Shown here one piece after another: positions 11,543 through 22,478 of a stretch of 64,000 nt of DNA. Source of the DNA: a virus (Duplodnaviria; Caudoviricetes); the IMG/VR virus record IMGVR_UViG_3300010270_000394, positions 1-64,000 of that record. One strand, given 5' to 3'. Every line of letters starts with the position of its first letter. The stretch's first letter is position 1. The notes under the pieces are model-generated. The model saw only the letters and a program-made list of their open reading frames with translations. It was not told where the DNA came from and did no database searches. The position numbers and the translations under genes were made by a program.

Positions 11543-12486
11543 TTATGTCGGTACACCGATATAATCTAAAACTTCTCTCATGCCAAGTCCACCGGAGTTC
11601 CAAGGTTTCATGCAGTATTCATAGAGTTGCGGATGTGTTTCTTTCAAACGCTGAAATCGGTTTGGTTCTTTTTCAAGATGACAGCCAAAACCACAAAATA
11701 CGCATCCAGTTCTATCACAATCTGTTGTTTTCCATTTATCTTTTTCATCTTTTATGATTTCTCCGTAAACAGAAGCATATGGTATTTTATACTTTTGTAA
11801 GTATTCCAATACATCTTGCTCCGTCCAAAAAGACATTGGTTTGGATGATGGATTCTTTGCATCGAACGAATTGCATCCGTAATTCAGCCATTGCGATCTG
11901 CGTTGCTTGCTTTCCGATGCCATTGTTCCGATAATCGGTTTAAGTCCGCTTTCCCGTTCAAACTTATGCAAGGGTTTTTTCTTCATGATATTACAACATC
12001 TTGAGGATACTTTGAATGGTGCTTCTGTCAAATACGACCATTGCTGACAATTAAATTCAGAAGGCTTTCCGTTATCCTTTTTGATATTTCCGTGCAACAG
12101 ATTCCAACGCAATGTTCCGGGATTTGCGTATTCAATCACATTGGCAATCTGCTTACTGACAAGCGGGTATCCATATGTTTCAATGACTTTACGGAAACTC
12201 ATTTCCGGTTTAAGAACTATTACATTTTCTCTTGATTTTGCAAACTGTCTGACTTCCGGATATTCCAAACCGGTATCTACAAATACAGCAGGAGCATTTG
12301 GATAAACTTTTCGTACTAAATCAAGAAGTACAGTTGAGTCTTTTCCTCCTGAAAATGACACAAAGACTTGCCCCCCCACCTTTGCCCGAACTCAATAATT
12401 CGAGTGAGAGAAACGCGAATTTTCTTATCCAAAGTCCATGCTTGCATCATTTTCAAATCCTCTGCGGTAAACTTCGCGCTGCTCAT
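11543..12486 (-). CDS. PAPS-reductase-family protein 1, frameshifted at G7 tract (G8 restores)
   Basis: AGGAGG-ATG at 12486 reads MSSAKF...QRWGG; one extra G joins it to QVFVSFSGGKDS...CC...RTGCVFC. Confidence 0.85.
12371..12377 (-). repeat. Poly-G tract TG7CAA (out of frame)
   Basis: C7 on plus strand at the frameshift point. Confidence 0.9.
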
Positions 12487-12878
12487 GTTTCCTCCTTTTG
12501 ATTATAATGTTTTATTCTGATCAGCAGTCGATATTTACGCGCGGTTTCGATCATATGCTTTGTTCCGGAACTCTTTCCGTCCCAAAAGGCAACCAGCGCG
12601 TCAGCGTTTTGCGCCATTTCCAGATTGCGGACAAATCCGGCAGATTTTTTGTAGGTATTCCAATCTGCCGGATAATAACGAATTTCATATCCGCGTTCCT
12701 CGGCGTATCTTGCACCGAGAGTATCCGCACCTCGCGCCGCTCCACAGATAACGACAACTTTGTAAGTGATCCTTGACAAAAAATAATCTATAGACCGCTT
12801 CAAATAATCGTAGTCATTAAAGTCTCGTCCACCGGCAATAATGACGCGAAATTCTCTATTCTTAGTTTCTGTGTTCAT
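12483..12878 (-). CDS. SLOG/YspA-like (DUF2493) protein
   Basis: IAGGRDF, GAARGAD, AGFVRN, FWDGKSSGT. Confidence 0.85.
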   Translation of the reverse strand: MNTETKNREFRVIIAGGRDFNDYDYLKRSIDYFLSRITYKVVVICGAARGADTLGARYAEERGYEIRYYPADWNTYKKSAGFVRNLEMAQNADALVAFWDGKSSGTKHMIETARKYRLLIRIKHYNQKEET

Positions 12879-12879
12879 T

Positions 12880-13137
12880 TTACGACATCAGAACAGAAAG
12901 TCCGATGAACTCTCCAATGCCACATTCTTTGATTCTGTTATTTGTGCGTTCAACGTTGCAGATGTGTAAAATTGTATTTCTTTTTATGGAGTTGACAAAC
13001 AGATTCATCTTGGCATCTACGCAATATTCACCGACTGTTTCCGATGTTTCGGGAATATCCGGCAATTCTTCCGTAACCTCTCCATAAAACAACTCGCCGC
13101 AGTTTTTACATCGGTATTTTGTCAGATAATTACTCAT
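12880..13137 (-). CDS. Small zinc-ribbon hypothetical protein
   Basis: YRCKNCG...HIC; GGAGGTG RBS. Confidence 0.65.
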   Translation of the reverse strand: MSNYLTKYRCKNCGELFYGEVTEELPDIPETSETVGEYCVDAKMNLFVNSIKRNTILHICNVERTNNRIKECGIGEFIGLSVLMS

Positions 13138-13271
13138 GTTTCACCTCCACATGGTATTCGGCGCATCCAAGCAACAAATACTCTTCAACGGTCATTGTGC
13201 AATCAACGTATTCTTCGCGTTCATCATCATAAAGAGATACTTTGATCTCCTGATCCAGAGCAATGTATCGT

Positions 13272-16200
13272 TTATCCGTCATTCTCTTTTTCACCCTCTC
13301 GAATGAACGACCACTTTTTTAAGATTGCTTCTTTGTCGTTATTGTCCTGCTGCCAATCGCCATTGTCGTCTTTTGACCAACGACCTTCATTGGAAACCTC
13401 AATGGTTTTGATGATGTCACCAACTTGGATCGGAGCTTCATCATACTTCTTGCGGCGTACTTTGACAGTTTCCGTTGATCCGTCACTCAAGCGATAAAGC
13501 GTCAATTTCGGATTTTTGTACTTGCATTCATACTCTTGCACGAAAGCATAGTCAGGAGACATATCATCCATAATGGTCTTGACATATCCGATGTTGTCCA
13601 GCTCATACTTGAGGCGCATTCCAAACGGAATATCAACGTCCTCTAAGTCCTCCCAAATCTCTTTGAGCGCTGCGTTGTAGTCAAAATTACGATAGAGTTT
13701 GTCCGTCTCGTCGGAATATTTCATGATGTACTTTGCAAATTCTTCTGGAATCTTATCTTTACTGAACTGCGTCCGTTCATAAAGCTGATCCAAAATTTCA
13801 ACAAAGCGTTTGATCTTTCCAATGGTTGCAAAGTCATCAAAATATCCGATCTCAATAAGTGTATTGACTTTCGCGCTATTCAAACTCTTTTTCTTTTTCA
13901 GGTCTTTCCAGAGTTTATAAAAACTGACGTATTTTTTCTGTCCCAGCGCATAGAGATCGTTCGCGCAGCTCTGCGACAAGCCTTTGATAGACAAAAGCGA
14001 CGGATAAATCACGCCATTTTCCGGATCGGCAATAAATTTGCGATTGTCCAGTCCAAAACGATAATCTCCCTCGCGGATTCCAAAGGCACGGTTCATTTCC
14101 TGCTTGAGTTCCGCAACCTTGTCCTTTTTGCCTTTGTCGGAGTATGTCTGCATGAGGACTTCGTAGAATTCATACGGATAATGCGCCTTGAGATAGGCAT
14201 TATAGAGACTATCGAGCGCCATACAGTAAGCGTGTGCGCTGTTGAAACCATATCCGCAAGAATCTGAAATGATTTGCCAAACTCGCGCCGCATCATCCGC
14301 TGCCTTATCTGCCGGTGTTCCATCTTTCATGATTTGATCGCGGAATCCGGTGATAAAACGCTCCTTGAGAGGACGAACCTTTTCCGGATGCTTCTTGGCA
14401 ATTGCCTTGATAATGCCGTAGCATTCATCAATGGGAAATCCGGCATAGTTCAGTGTGTTCATGGTTTGCTCCTGATAAAGAATGAACGACTGCGGCATTT
14501 CTTCCGTCTGCAAAATCTTATCAAAAGCCGGAATATCATAAGAAAAGTTCTCGCGGTTTTCCAGTTTCGAGTACATGGACTTGAACGCCGGACGAATCGC
14601 CGCGATGAACGCAGACAACTCGGAAACATTCTTTGGCTTGTACTTGGTAACTTTGCGTGTGGTAGAAGTTTTTTCACACTGATTGACACCGATGGTATAT
14701 CCTTTTGCGTAAATGTCCCAAGTTTTCTGATCATTTCTGACCAAGTTCATCAATTCATTAACGGTATAGTGTTTGATTCCGATTCGTTTGAAAATCAAAT
14801 CATTTAACAAAACAACGTCAACTTTGAGAATATCGTTCTTTAGAAACTTGTAATTTTCCGCAATCGCTCCGTCAATAACTGCGGTGATGTATTCTTTCTT
14901 GGTTGTTTCACTTTTGCATTTGATCAAGCCGATTTCCTCACGAATACTGCCGCTATACAATAGATAAGCGCACGGCGCTTTTTTCTTATCCATGATGATG
15001 CCCTGATACTTTTGGCTTGCGTCAATGTAGGAACGGTATTCTTCGTCTACATAATCATAGACGCTGATTTCCTCGCGTTCGTCATCATCTGCGTATTTCA
15101 TGGCTTCGTCGTAGCGCTCAATCTGACTGGAAATTGTGTTGGCAAGGTCAAAATCCATGTTCTGCGACCGCGCATAGAGCTTAAACGCGCTCTTTTTCTT
15201 GCACGTTCCAAACGCAATCATCGGTACGGCGTGATCCGCGCCGAGAATGGTTTGCTGCGCTTCTGCGGCAATGTCGGGAGTTCCCCAATTCAAATCAATA
15301 TCTGGTAATGATTTAGTTTCAAGAATTCTGCTTTTACTGATGAATCTCTCTGGATAGAGCTTGATCGGACTTTGGAAACGGTCAACTTTAGAAAACCCAA
15401 GCAACGTGTTTGTAAAATATCCGACTGCGCTGCCACGTCCGGAATCAGTCAAAACGCCGCCGTTTTCCAATGCAAGTTTAACGATATAGTAGTCAATCAA
15501 AAAGTAATCGCTCATGTTGGTATCTTTGATGACTTGTACCTCGTTTTTGACACCTGAAAAGTATTCATTGTATTCTGCCGGATCAACATTTTTGGTATAA
15601 CCCTTGAACAGACGAGAAATGAGCTTGCTGTATTCCTTGTTGCGCTCTTCCTGCGTCAATTTCGGGAGCAATACGCCGTCAACCGTATGCTTTCCGTCAA
15701 AAAGCGTTGGAAGTTTGATGTCTTTTGTAAAAATCGGATTTGGCGTTCCGTCAGGCAGCGTTTCATATCCTTCAAAATCAAGCAATAAATCCGTGTTATC
15801 CATTGCACGTTGAATCTGCTTTTTTGTGAAAATTCCCTGATCCAAAAATCGCTGCATGGTCGTTTCATCATCCGGATAGTCCATATACCAATTATCTTCA
15901 TCCTCGTAATGGACGTTTTTGGCGGCGAGAATGTAATCTCGTTCCTTGGACTGCTCCGGATAGATATAATGACTGTCCATGCCGACTATCATTTCAATGT
16001 CATACTTTTCGGAGAGTTCCAGAATATGACGGTTGAGTTCTTTTTGCTTGTCCGTGTTGTGATACTGGATTTCCAAAAAGAAGTTCTCTTTGAAATGATT
16101 TCGCAGCTTGAGAACAATGTCGTCAATGTCATCATAGCGCCAGAACGCAACGCAAGCCGTTGTGATCATCACATCATCAGGCGGGAGTGAAAGCAAGAGT

Positions 16201-16553
16201 TCCAGATCGACACGCGGACGGAAATAATAGCCATCCTCATTGGCAACGGAAAGAACACGGTTGATTGCCCTTCGTCCCATTTCGTTTTTCGCCAACATGA
16301 TTACATGACAATTGGAACGGTCTTTTTCATGACGATCACGAACCCAATATGCTTCTGCTCCAAAGATAAATTTGAGATCATACTTTTTTGCGAGTTCAAA
16401 TGTTTCAAAATAATAGCCTTGCCATCCGTGTTCTACACTGGATATTAATTTATGTCCGAGTTCCACGGCTCGTTTTGCGTAGTCCTCATTGACAGCAGCG
16501 GAATCAGCAATGTAGATATTGCTGTAACTTGTGTGACGATGATAATTTTGCGT
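13272..16553 (-). CDS. dnaE: DNA polymerase III alpha subunit (DnaE-type), probable ACG start
   Basis: PHP domain (NYHRH..., EHG, DSHY), GRGSA, PDIDL, YGFNSAHA; PHP N-terminus lies upstream of the ORF-track start. Confidence 0.93.
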   Translation of the reverse strand, partial: TQNYHRHTSYSNIYIADSAAVNEDYAKRAVELGHKLISSVEHGWQGYYFETFELAKKYDLKFIFGAEAYWVRDRHEKDRSNCHVIMLAKNEMGRRAINRVLSVANEDGYYFRPRVDLELLLSLPPDDVMITTACVAFWRYDDIDDIVLKLRNHFKENFFLEIQYHNTDKQKELNRHILELSEKYDIEMIVGMDSHYIYPEQSKERDYILAAKNVHYEDEDNWYMDYPDDETTMQRFLDQGIFTKKQIQRAMDNTDLLLDFEGYETLPDGTPNPIFTKDIKLPTLFDGKHTVDGVLLPKLTQEERNKEYSKLISRLFKGYTKNVDPAEYNEYFSGVKNEVQVIKDTNMSDYFLIDYYIVKLALENGGVLTDSGRGSAVGYFTNTLLGFSKVDRFQSPIKLYPERFISKSRILETKSLPDIDLNWGTPDIAAEAQQTILGADHAVPMIAFGTCKKKSAFKLYARSQNMDFDLANTISSQIERYDEAMKYADDDEREEISVYDYVDEEYRSYIDASQKYQGIIMDKKKAPCAYLLYSGSIREEIGLIKCKSETTKKEYITAVIDGAIAENYKFLKNDILKVDVVLLNDLIFKRIGIKHYTVNELMNLVRNDQKTWDIYAKGYTIGVNQCEKTSTTRKVTKYKPKNVSELSAFIAAIRPAFKSMYSKLENRENFSYDIPAFDKILQTEEMPQSFILYQEQTMNTLNYAGFPIDECYGIIKAIAKKHPEKVRPLKERFITGFRDQIMKDGTPADKAADDAARVWQIISDSCGYGFNSAHAYCMALDSLYNAYLKAHYPYEFYEVLMQTYSDKGKKDKVAELKQEMNRAFGIREGDYRFGLDNRKFIADPENGVIYPSLLSIKGLSQSCANDLYALGQKKYVSFYKLWKDLKKKKSLNSAKVNTLIEIGYFDDFATIGKIKRFVEILDQLYERTQFSKDKIPEEFAKYIMKYSDETDKLYRNFDYNAALKEIWEDLEDVDIPFGMRLKYELDNIGYVKTIMDDMSPDYAFVQEYECKYKNPKLTLYRLSDGSTETVKVRRKKYDEAPIQVGDIIKTIEVSNEGRWSKDDNGDWQQDNNDKEAILKKWSFIREGEKENDG

Positions 16554-16588
16554 AAGATCACCCTCTTACTTGTAATTTATCTTATTTA

Positions 16589-17737
16589 TCAAAACAAATC
16601 TGCATCCTCGTCTTTGTCGCGCTTACGAAGTTCCCATTGATCGTTGAAACGCTTCAGATGAATACAGGAATTACGATAATTACAAAGATTATTGCAGAAA
16701 AACGTGTCCTCTGCCTCGTTTCCTGCGCCGTTGATTCGCGTAAACTCGCGCGGTTTCCATTGACTTTCATCGTTGGGATCAAGCCCCTCAAATCTATCTG
16801 CCATTGCATTTAGATAAGCAATTGTCTCATTCACCAACTCGTCAGAAAGCTCATATTCGCGCACATACGGCTTGATCGTATAGTTGTTTCTCACTTGTTC
16901 CGGCAAAACATCTAAACTGTTCTTCGCCAGTGCATCTTTGAGCATAATTTCAATGTCGATCTCGTCATATCCGAGTTCTTCCAAATCACGTTCCAGATGG
17001 GTTTTCAGTTCAGAAATGAGCTTACCACGATTGACGACCTTTACAATCTCGTCCTTTTTCTTGGAATTCGCGCGTTTATAGCCCATGAACCTGACTTCAC
17101 AATACTTGAGCATAATCCACGCAACGCGGCGTACATCAAAGCCCTCCGCTCTCTTAGCGAGTGCATAGAAAATAAGCTGCCGTCCGTGGTGAAGCAATTC
17201 ATCTTTCTTGAAATTGGTTGAGGTTTTCCAGTCGTAAATGTCAATTGAACCGTCAGTATTTTCGCGGATCAAGTCGATATATCCCTGCACATAGCGGTCA
17301 GTTTCCTTTCCTTCCTCGTCAATAGACTTCGGCAAAGGGTAGATGACCAATTCTTCCGTGCGGAACTTTCCGTTTGGCGGCGTAAAATTGGAGCAGAAAT
17401 GCTTCATGTCAGCTACCCAATTATCACGGATGGAATCACCACCCTTAAAATCCTTGGGAAAATGAATGTCGAGCATATCGAGGTCAAGCAATTCCTCATT
17501 GAGTGTATCCGGCAGCTCGTCAGCAGTTGCTTCACCATTGATGATCTGCTCCAACTTGTCATGAATCTTTGTACCAAGAATGCCGTAAATTCCATTTTGT
17601 CCTTTGTTGTGTAAAATGTAACTCTGATACGCCTCATATAAGCATTCCTCAATGGTATTGCATTTAGAAATGCTGTAAACGTGCTTTCCGGATTTGAATA
17701 ATGCCTGAATGCGTTCGTCTTTATCTCTTTTTGCCAT
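16589..17737 (-). CDS. PD-(D/E)xK (RecB/Cas4-like) exonuclease
   Basis: SIS...C, GTKIH, GYIDL, DWKTS, QLIFY, C-terminal Cys cluster. Confidence 0.85.
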   Translation of the reverse strand: MAKRDKDERIQALFKSGKHVYSISKCNTIEECLYEAYQSYILHNKGQNGIYGILGTKIHDKLEQIINGEATADELPDTLNEELLDLDMLDIHFPKDFKGGDSIRDNWVADMKHFCSNFTPPNGKFRTEELVIYPLPKSIDEEGKETDRYVQGYIDLIRENTDGSIDIYDWKTSTNFKKDELLHHGRQLIFYALAKRAEGFDVRRVAWIMLKYCEVRFMGYKRANSKKKDEIVKVVNRGKLISELKTHLERDLEELGYDEIDIEIMLKDALAKNSLDVLPEQVRNNYTIKPYVREYELSDELVNETIAYLNAMADRFEGLDPNDESQWKPREFTRINGAGNEAEDTFFCNNLCNYRNSCIHLKRFNDQWELRKRDKDEDADLF

Positions 17738-17761
17738 AATCGTCCTTCCTTGTAATTTGAT

Positions 17762-18790
17762 TTATTTCAGCCAAACAACGTGCTTTTTGATCAGTTCTGC
17801 AAACGCTTCTCTGCCGAGATCAGACGGGCTTGCCTTGCTGCCCTTGGGAAGTATCTCATTTTCTCTGTCAAATACATAACCGACCTGGTTATGAAATACA
17901 GAGTTATTCAGCCGCAGTTTTTCTGCTTGTTCTCTGACTTTTTCTTCTTCCAAGCCCTCGTCATACGCAAGGATGATCTTGTTCGTCATAAGAGCCTTCA
18001 GATGCTTTGCCTGAATGTCGCTTACATCGCATCCACACGTCGCAAGTCCAATGTTGCTTCCCATTGAGCGGAGCTGCATAACAAACTTTTCCGATTCTCC
18101 AACAACTACGATGTTCTTTTGCTGGATTGCCTCGTAATTCCTATGATAACCATAGAGCGTATAGGTGCGAGAGCATGGAATCAACGGAAGCCAGCGTTCT
18201 TCTTTGGCACATTTAGAATCGTTCAAGCGTCCCATAATGCCGCAGAGTTTTCCGTCAAGTGTATATTCCGGAACGGTGATCCGGAGTGTTTCAAGATCAA
18301 AACCGACATTGAAATATTCCTGTGATTGAAAATCAATACCGTCACGAAAAAACATAAGATTGTACTTGTTCGCGTATTCATCCAAAATGGATTCGTCGTA
18401 AGTTTGCATAGAGAATTCCGGTTCTTGTATTTCTTTCATCAAACCTTTGTAGAATCCGGCAAAAGGATAACGAATTTTTTTGTTGAACTGCGATTTTTCC
18501 AAACCAAGTTCATCCGCGATATAGGTTAAAGACTCTCGGAATGAACAATCGCGTGTCGTCATAACGAGAGTATAAATGTTGCCGTGCGTATTGATCGAAA
18601 ATCCGTCAAATTTCAAAGTATCCAGCTTCAGGCGCATTGCCGTTGGATTGTGACCATCCTCTCTGCTGAACCGCAGTTCGTTTTTGCCTTGCCGGTAACT
18701 GATTTCCGTATAGCCCATAGATTCAAGGAGGGCGATACAGTCATCCACATTATTTGACAGATAATTCGTCAAAGATAACGCATTGATAAT
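17762..18790 (-). CDS. DNA primase (TOPRIM), probable ATT start
   Basis: RITVP...GIMGR, LYG, VGESEK, AYDEG; follows helicase. Confidence 0.85.
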   Translation of the reverse strand: MINALSLTNYLSNNVDDCIALLESMGYTEISYRQGKNELRFSREDGHNPTAMRLKLDTLKFDGFSINTHGNIYTLVMTTRDCSFRESLTYIADELGLEKSQFNKKIRYPFAGFYKGLMKEIQEPEFSMQTYDESILDEYANKYNLMFFRDGIDFQSQEYFNVGFDLETLRITVPEYTLDGKLCGIMGRLNDSKCAKEERWLPLIPCSRTYTLYGYHRNYEAIQQKNIVVVGESEKFVMQLRSMGSNIGLATCGCDVSDIQAKHLKALMTNKIILAYDEGLEEEKVREQAEKLRLNNSVFHNQVGYVFDRENEILPKGSKASPSDLGREAFAELIKKHVVWLK

Positions 18791-18811
18791 GAGTATCGCC
18801 CTCCTATTGAT

Positions 18812-20287
18812 TTATTTATGCTCATTGAATACGGTGCAGTAACCGATCTCGCGCCACCGGTTATAACGACCGTTGAATTCATACAGCACTTGGATTTTGT
18901 CGTCGTCATTTCTTGTTTTGTCCAAAAATACGACGATGTATTTTTTGTCACGATCCAACTGGATTTGCTTGCGGACATTGGTGTACTTTCCAGAGTCATC
19001 CTTGGTCAATTGATACGGTTTGACATCAAATTTATCTCCGTTAAACTCGTCGTCCCAAAGCTGCCGAGCATAGACCATTTCGGAAAATACTTCCTTGATC
19101 TGTTTTGCATTTGATAGGCAGCTTGCGTCCAAATATCGCTTGTTGAGCGTGTGAAGAGCAAGCTGATAAGTACAAATCAAAGAAATGTTCTCACGGCTGG
19201 TAATCTGGAACAGTTTTCGACTATGAATTAAAAGCTGCTGCCACATTGCTTCGTCAATCTCGTCCTCCGACTTCATTGTGTCAAACATGATGACCTGATA
19301 CCCCAACTTAGAGAGCTTTTTTATGATACGTTTGACTTTACTCATATCCGTATCAAAAATCTTCACGAATTTAATGTTTCCATACTTTTCCTGTGAGATT
19401 TTCTTTGCTTTCCGCAACATTTCCCACTGTTCATCCGTGAATTTTCCAATCTTTATCTTCTTGCGCGTCAAGCCCCAATAATCCAGTTCTTGTGTGAGAA
19501 TGTGAACCAGCAAGAGCTGTTTAAAATCTTTGGAACGCTGTTCGTTGCTGATTACAGCGCATTTTACACCATCCTCAGTCATTGGAAGGATCATATTTTC
19601 AAACGTAAACGACGTTTTACCTACGCCTGAGTAACCGCCAAACATATACATATCTCCAAGCGGCGTTCCAAGCGTCAGGTAATTCAGTATGGGACAATGC
19701 GCCGCGTAACTGATTCCCTGCGTCGATCCTTCGTCACACTCTGCCAAGAATTTATCGTCGATCTCAAGCGTTTCAATCTCAATGTCATGCGTGTTTTTGA
19801 TACTGACGCTGTTGAGAATATAGTCGTAATAGTCGTAGACTTCCTGATTCGTCATTTTGGCGAATTTTTCCATATTCTCGACAACATTGAATCCTTTATC
19901 GTGGAGCGTCATAAGCGTATTGAACTTTGCGATTTTATCATAGTACGCATCCACATTGTCCGGATTGACAAGAGAACACAATTCACTGACCGTCGCGTAA
20001 CCGCCCAGCTCGTCAAAATGCTTTTTGACAGTTGGTTTGTTCTCCAAAAACGTATAAATCGTGACATTATCAAATGATCTGAACCCTTGATTGTGCATCT
20101 GACGACCAAGATTGAAATAGAAAACACCGTCATCCGTTTTTAAGGTTTGATCGTCGCCGACGTTAATCCGAGAAAAATCGTCAAACAAATCAGGCTGTTT
20201 CCAAAGGCAGAATATAAACGTCGCTTCCGCGCTGTCTCGTCCTTTGGTCAACTCTTCCGGATAATCCTTGAGTTCCATGACGATCAT
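18812..20287 (-). CDS. dnaB: Replicative DnaB-like helicase
   Basis: GYSGVGKT, SNEQ, FDTMK, YQL, KTRND motifs. Confidence 0.9.
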   Translation of the reverse strand: MIVMELKDYPEELTKGRDSAEATFIFCLWKQPDLFDDFSRINVGDDQTLKTDDGVFYFNLGRQMHNQGFRSFDNVTIYTFLENKPTVKKHFDELGGYATVSELCSLVNPDNVDAYYDKIAKFNTLMTLHDKGFNVVENMEKFAKMTNQEVYDYYDYILNSVSIKNTHDIEIETLEIDDKFLAECDEGSTQGISYAAHCPILNYLTLGTPLGDMYMFGGYSGVGKTSFTFENMILPMTEDGVKCAVISNEQRSKDFKQLLLVHILTQELDYWGLTRKKIKIGKFTDEQWEMLRKAKKISQEKYGNIKFVKIFDTDMSKVKRIIKKLSKLGYQVIMFDTMKSEDEIDEAMWQQLLIHSRKLFQITSRENISLICTYQLALHTLNKRYLDASCLSNAKQIKEVFSEMVYARQLWDDEFNGDKFDVKPYQLTKDDSGKYTNVRKQIQLDRDKKYIVVFLDKTRNDDDKIQVLYEFNGRYNRWREIGYCTVFNEHK

Positions 20288-20292
20288 CCTCC

Positions 20293-20799
20293 TTACAAAT
20301 CATCTTCATCCAAGAATCTACCAATGTCTTTGCCGCGTTTCTTTGTTCCGAGTCCTGTCAAATCCTCGCTTTCCACTGTGACACGTTTTGTTTCACGTTC
20401 CTGCTTTTGCCGAAGCAGAACGCGACGGTTGACATCAGCAATCGAGCCTTCCACAATCTTGAACATATAAGAGAGCTTGCCGTATTCGCTGGAAAACTCC
20501 TTATTTTGCAGCCAATAGTGGATGTCACCGGCACAGATTTTGAACGCTTCCAGAATGACATCATTATCGTAATAATCCAGCTTTTTAAGCAGTTTGGGGA
20601 GCGAGGACGGAAACGGTTGCCCGTCCCCGTACCCCAAAAACTCATAGCAGATGTATTCGACAAGCTGCTTATAGGACTGCTTGATTTTTTGATCCGCGTC
20701 GTAAACCGCCTGATTCTTGTAGTAACGGTTTCCGATTTTAATGAATGTGTCGGAAGTCCCGATTTCACCGGTGATAGCACATTTTACTTTTCGTGCCAT
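20293..20799 (-). CDS. Hypothetical replication protein (possible helicase loader)
   Basis: Position immediately upstream of helicase; function inferred from synteny only. Confidence 0.6.
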   Translation of the reverse strand: MARKVKCAITGEIGTSDTFIKIGNRYYKNQAVYDADQKIKQSYKQLVEYICYEFLGYGDGQPFPSSLPKLLKKLDYYDNDVILEAFKICAGDIHYWLQNKEFSSEYGKLSYMFKIVEGSIADVNRRVLLRQKQERETKRVTVESEDLTGLGTKKRGKDIGRFLDEDDL

Positions 20800-20812
20800 A
20801 TCCGACCTCCAA

Positions 20813-21952
20813 TCAATCAGCCGCGTTCAAAACCTCAACGATCTGCTCAAGAATCACCGTAGGAATGTCATTTGGATTCTTGAAATTCGGAATATCATGC
20901 TTTGCCATGATTTCCTTGACCTTTGCCTTGGTATCCTTATCAGATTCCGAGAACTTGTTCTGTACCACGATCATCAGCTCCGCGTTGCGATCCTCGTCAA
21001 CCTTGTTCTCTGCATCACGCTTGAGCTTTTCGGCGACTTCCTTTTCCTTTGCCTTACGCGCCGCCTTGAGTTCCTTTTCGGACTGCTCAACGGTCTTGTC
21101 GCCCTTGGCGTGTTCCTTCAGGATCGCATCTGTCAGCGCCTTGATAAAAGCATCTGCGTCAAGAGGAATGTTGTCAACGATGTCGGCAAAACGAGACTTG
21201 GAATCAACACTGTAATTATCGTCGCGGAAAGAAATGCGGCGGGACTCGCTCATGACCTTGCCCTTGACCTCTTCCTTCTTGGTGACGGCGTTCTTCTTGC
21301 CGGTTTTCTGCTGCGCGATCTCGCGGTCAATGTATGCAACGCCGAGAAAATGAAGTTTAGTCTTGAGCGCGTTGAAATAACGCTGACTCATATTGGTTGT
21401 CAGGATGGAATACGTTTCGCCGGTTACGGGATCGTCAATATCGCGCTTCTTGGTATGACCGATGGCGATAAAGCTGACACCGACTTCCTTGAGTTCCCAC
21501 AACTTATCAAGAACAATCTGAATTGCTTTATCCTCGCCAGCCATAAAACCGCCGAACGCTGCCTTAATAGACGTGATCTTAGGTTTATCCGGATTTGCCT
21601 TATTGTGCATCCGAATGACTTCCGGCTCTGCGATCTCAAGAAGCTGATCGAACGTATCCAGAACGACTACGCGCAAATCCTTATAGTCCGTGAGCTTGTT
21701 TTCAATGATGTCGTCGCAGACCTCCTTGAACTTCGCCCAATTCGGAATCTTCTCGGAAACAATGCCGTTGATTGCGTCGTGTCCGTCCTCCTTGCCGATG
21801 TCAAATGCAATGTAACCATCCTCGCCAGCCAGCTTTTCGCAAACTTCCTTAATCAGCGTTGACTTACCAATGCCGCTTTCGCCAATCAGACCGATGTTAT
21901 ATGCCAGCGGATCAATGCAGATTTCCCGCTTCTGTCCGAACTTTCTTGCCAT
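20813..21952 (-). CDS. AAA_24/Sak4-like ATPase
   Basis: GESGIGKST, VVLDT, GFMAGE, IGHTK, SKSRF. Confidence 0.85.
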   Translation of the reverse strand: MARKFGQKREICIDPLAYNIGLIGESGIGKSTLIKEVCEKLAGEDGYIAFDIGKEDGHDAINGIVSEKIPNWAKFKEVCDDIIENKLTDYKDLRVVVLDTFDQLLEIAEPEVIRMHNKANPDKPKITSIKAAFGGFMAGEDKAIQIVLDKLWELKEVGVSFIAIGHTKKRDIDDPVTGETYSILTTNMSQRYFNALKTKLHFLGVAYIDREIAQQKTGKKNAVTKKEEVKGKVMSESRRISFRDDNYSVDSKSRFADIVDNIPLDADAFIKALTDAILKEHAKGDKTVEQSEKELKAARKAKEKEVAEKLKRDAENKVDEDRNAELMIVVQNKFSESDKDTKAKVKEIMAKHDIPNFKNPNDIPTVILEQIVEVLNAAD

Positions 21953-21958
21953 AATTGA

Positions 21959-22159
21959 TCAGTCCTCCTTTTTTTCCGTGTTGTTCGATTTGTGCTTACG
22001 CGCGGCTCTCGCGGCTTTCTTCTGGATAAGCTCGTTACGGTGCATCTTGTCATAACGATGATGACGATTCCAGAAAAACAGATTGCGACGCTGCTCACGT
22101 CTGCCCGGTTCGGTGATTGTCTTGATCCACTTCATTGTCAAATCACTCTTAGAAATCAT
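21959..22159 (-). CDS. Small basic hypothetical protein
   Basis: GAGG RBS, fills the gap between neighbours. Confidence 0.5.
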   Translation of the reverse strand: MISKSDLTMKWIKTITEPGRREQRRNLFFWNRHHRYDKMHRNELIQKKAARAARKHKSNNTEKKED

Positions 22160-22478
22160 CGTCTACCTCCCCATTGCCGTTCTGTGTATTGGTTTGAGTC
22201 GTATCCGTCGTGTCGTTGTCAACGCGGCTGTTCCAGATTCCCATAGCTTCCTCAAATCCATTCTTGATGAACTTGGGATAACCATTTTCCAGAACAAGAC
22301 GGCTTTCACGCTTAATTGAGATTCCGCACTTGGAGCAACCGATCTCATAACTCGCACAAAATTCTCCATTACCCTTATGTGCATTGGAAAACTCGCGGAA
22401 ATACGCTTCCTGTCCGCAGAACGGACAGGCTTTCAAATCAGGCTTTGGATTGATCATTTTCCTCATTCCTTTCATCAA
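22149..22478 (-). CDS. Lar-like restriction alleviation zinc-finger protein
   Basis: LKACPFCG...CSKCG...WNSR pattern. Confidence 0.75.
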   Translation of the reverse strand: MMKGMRKMINPKPDLKACPFCGQEAYFREFSNAHKGNGEFCASYEIGCSKCGISIKRESRLVLENGYPKFIKNGFEEAMGIWNSRVDNDTTDTTQTNTQNGNGEVDDDF

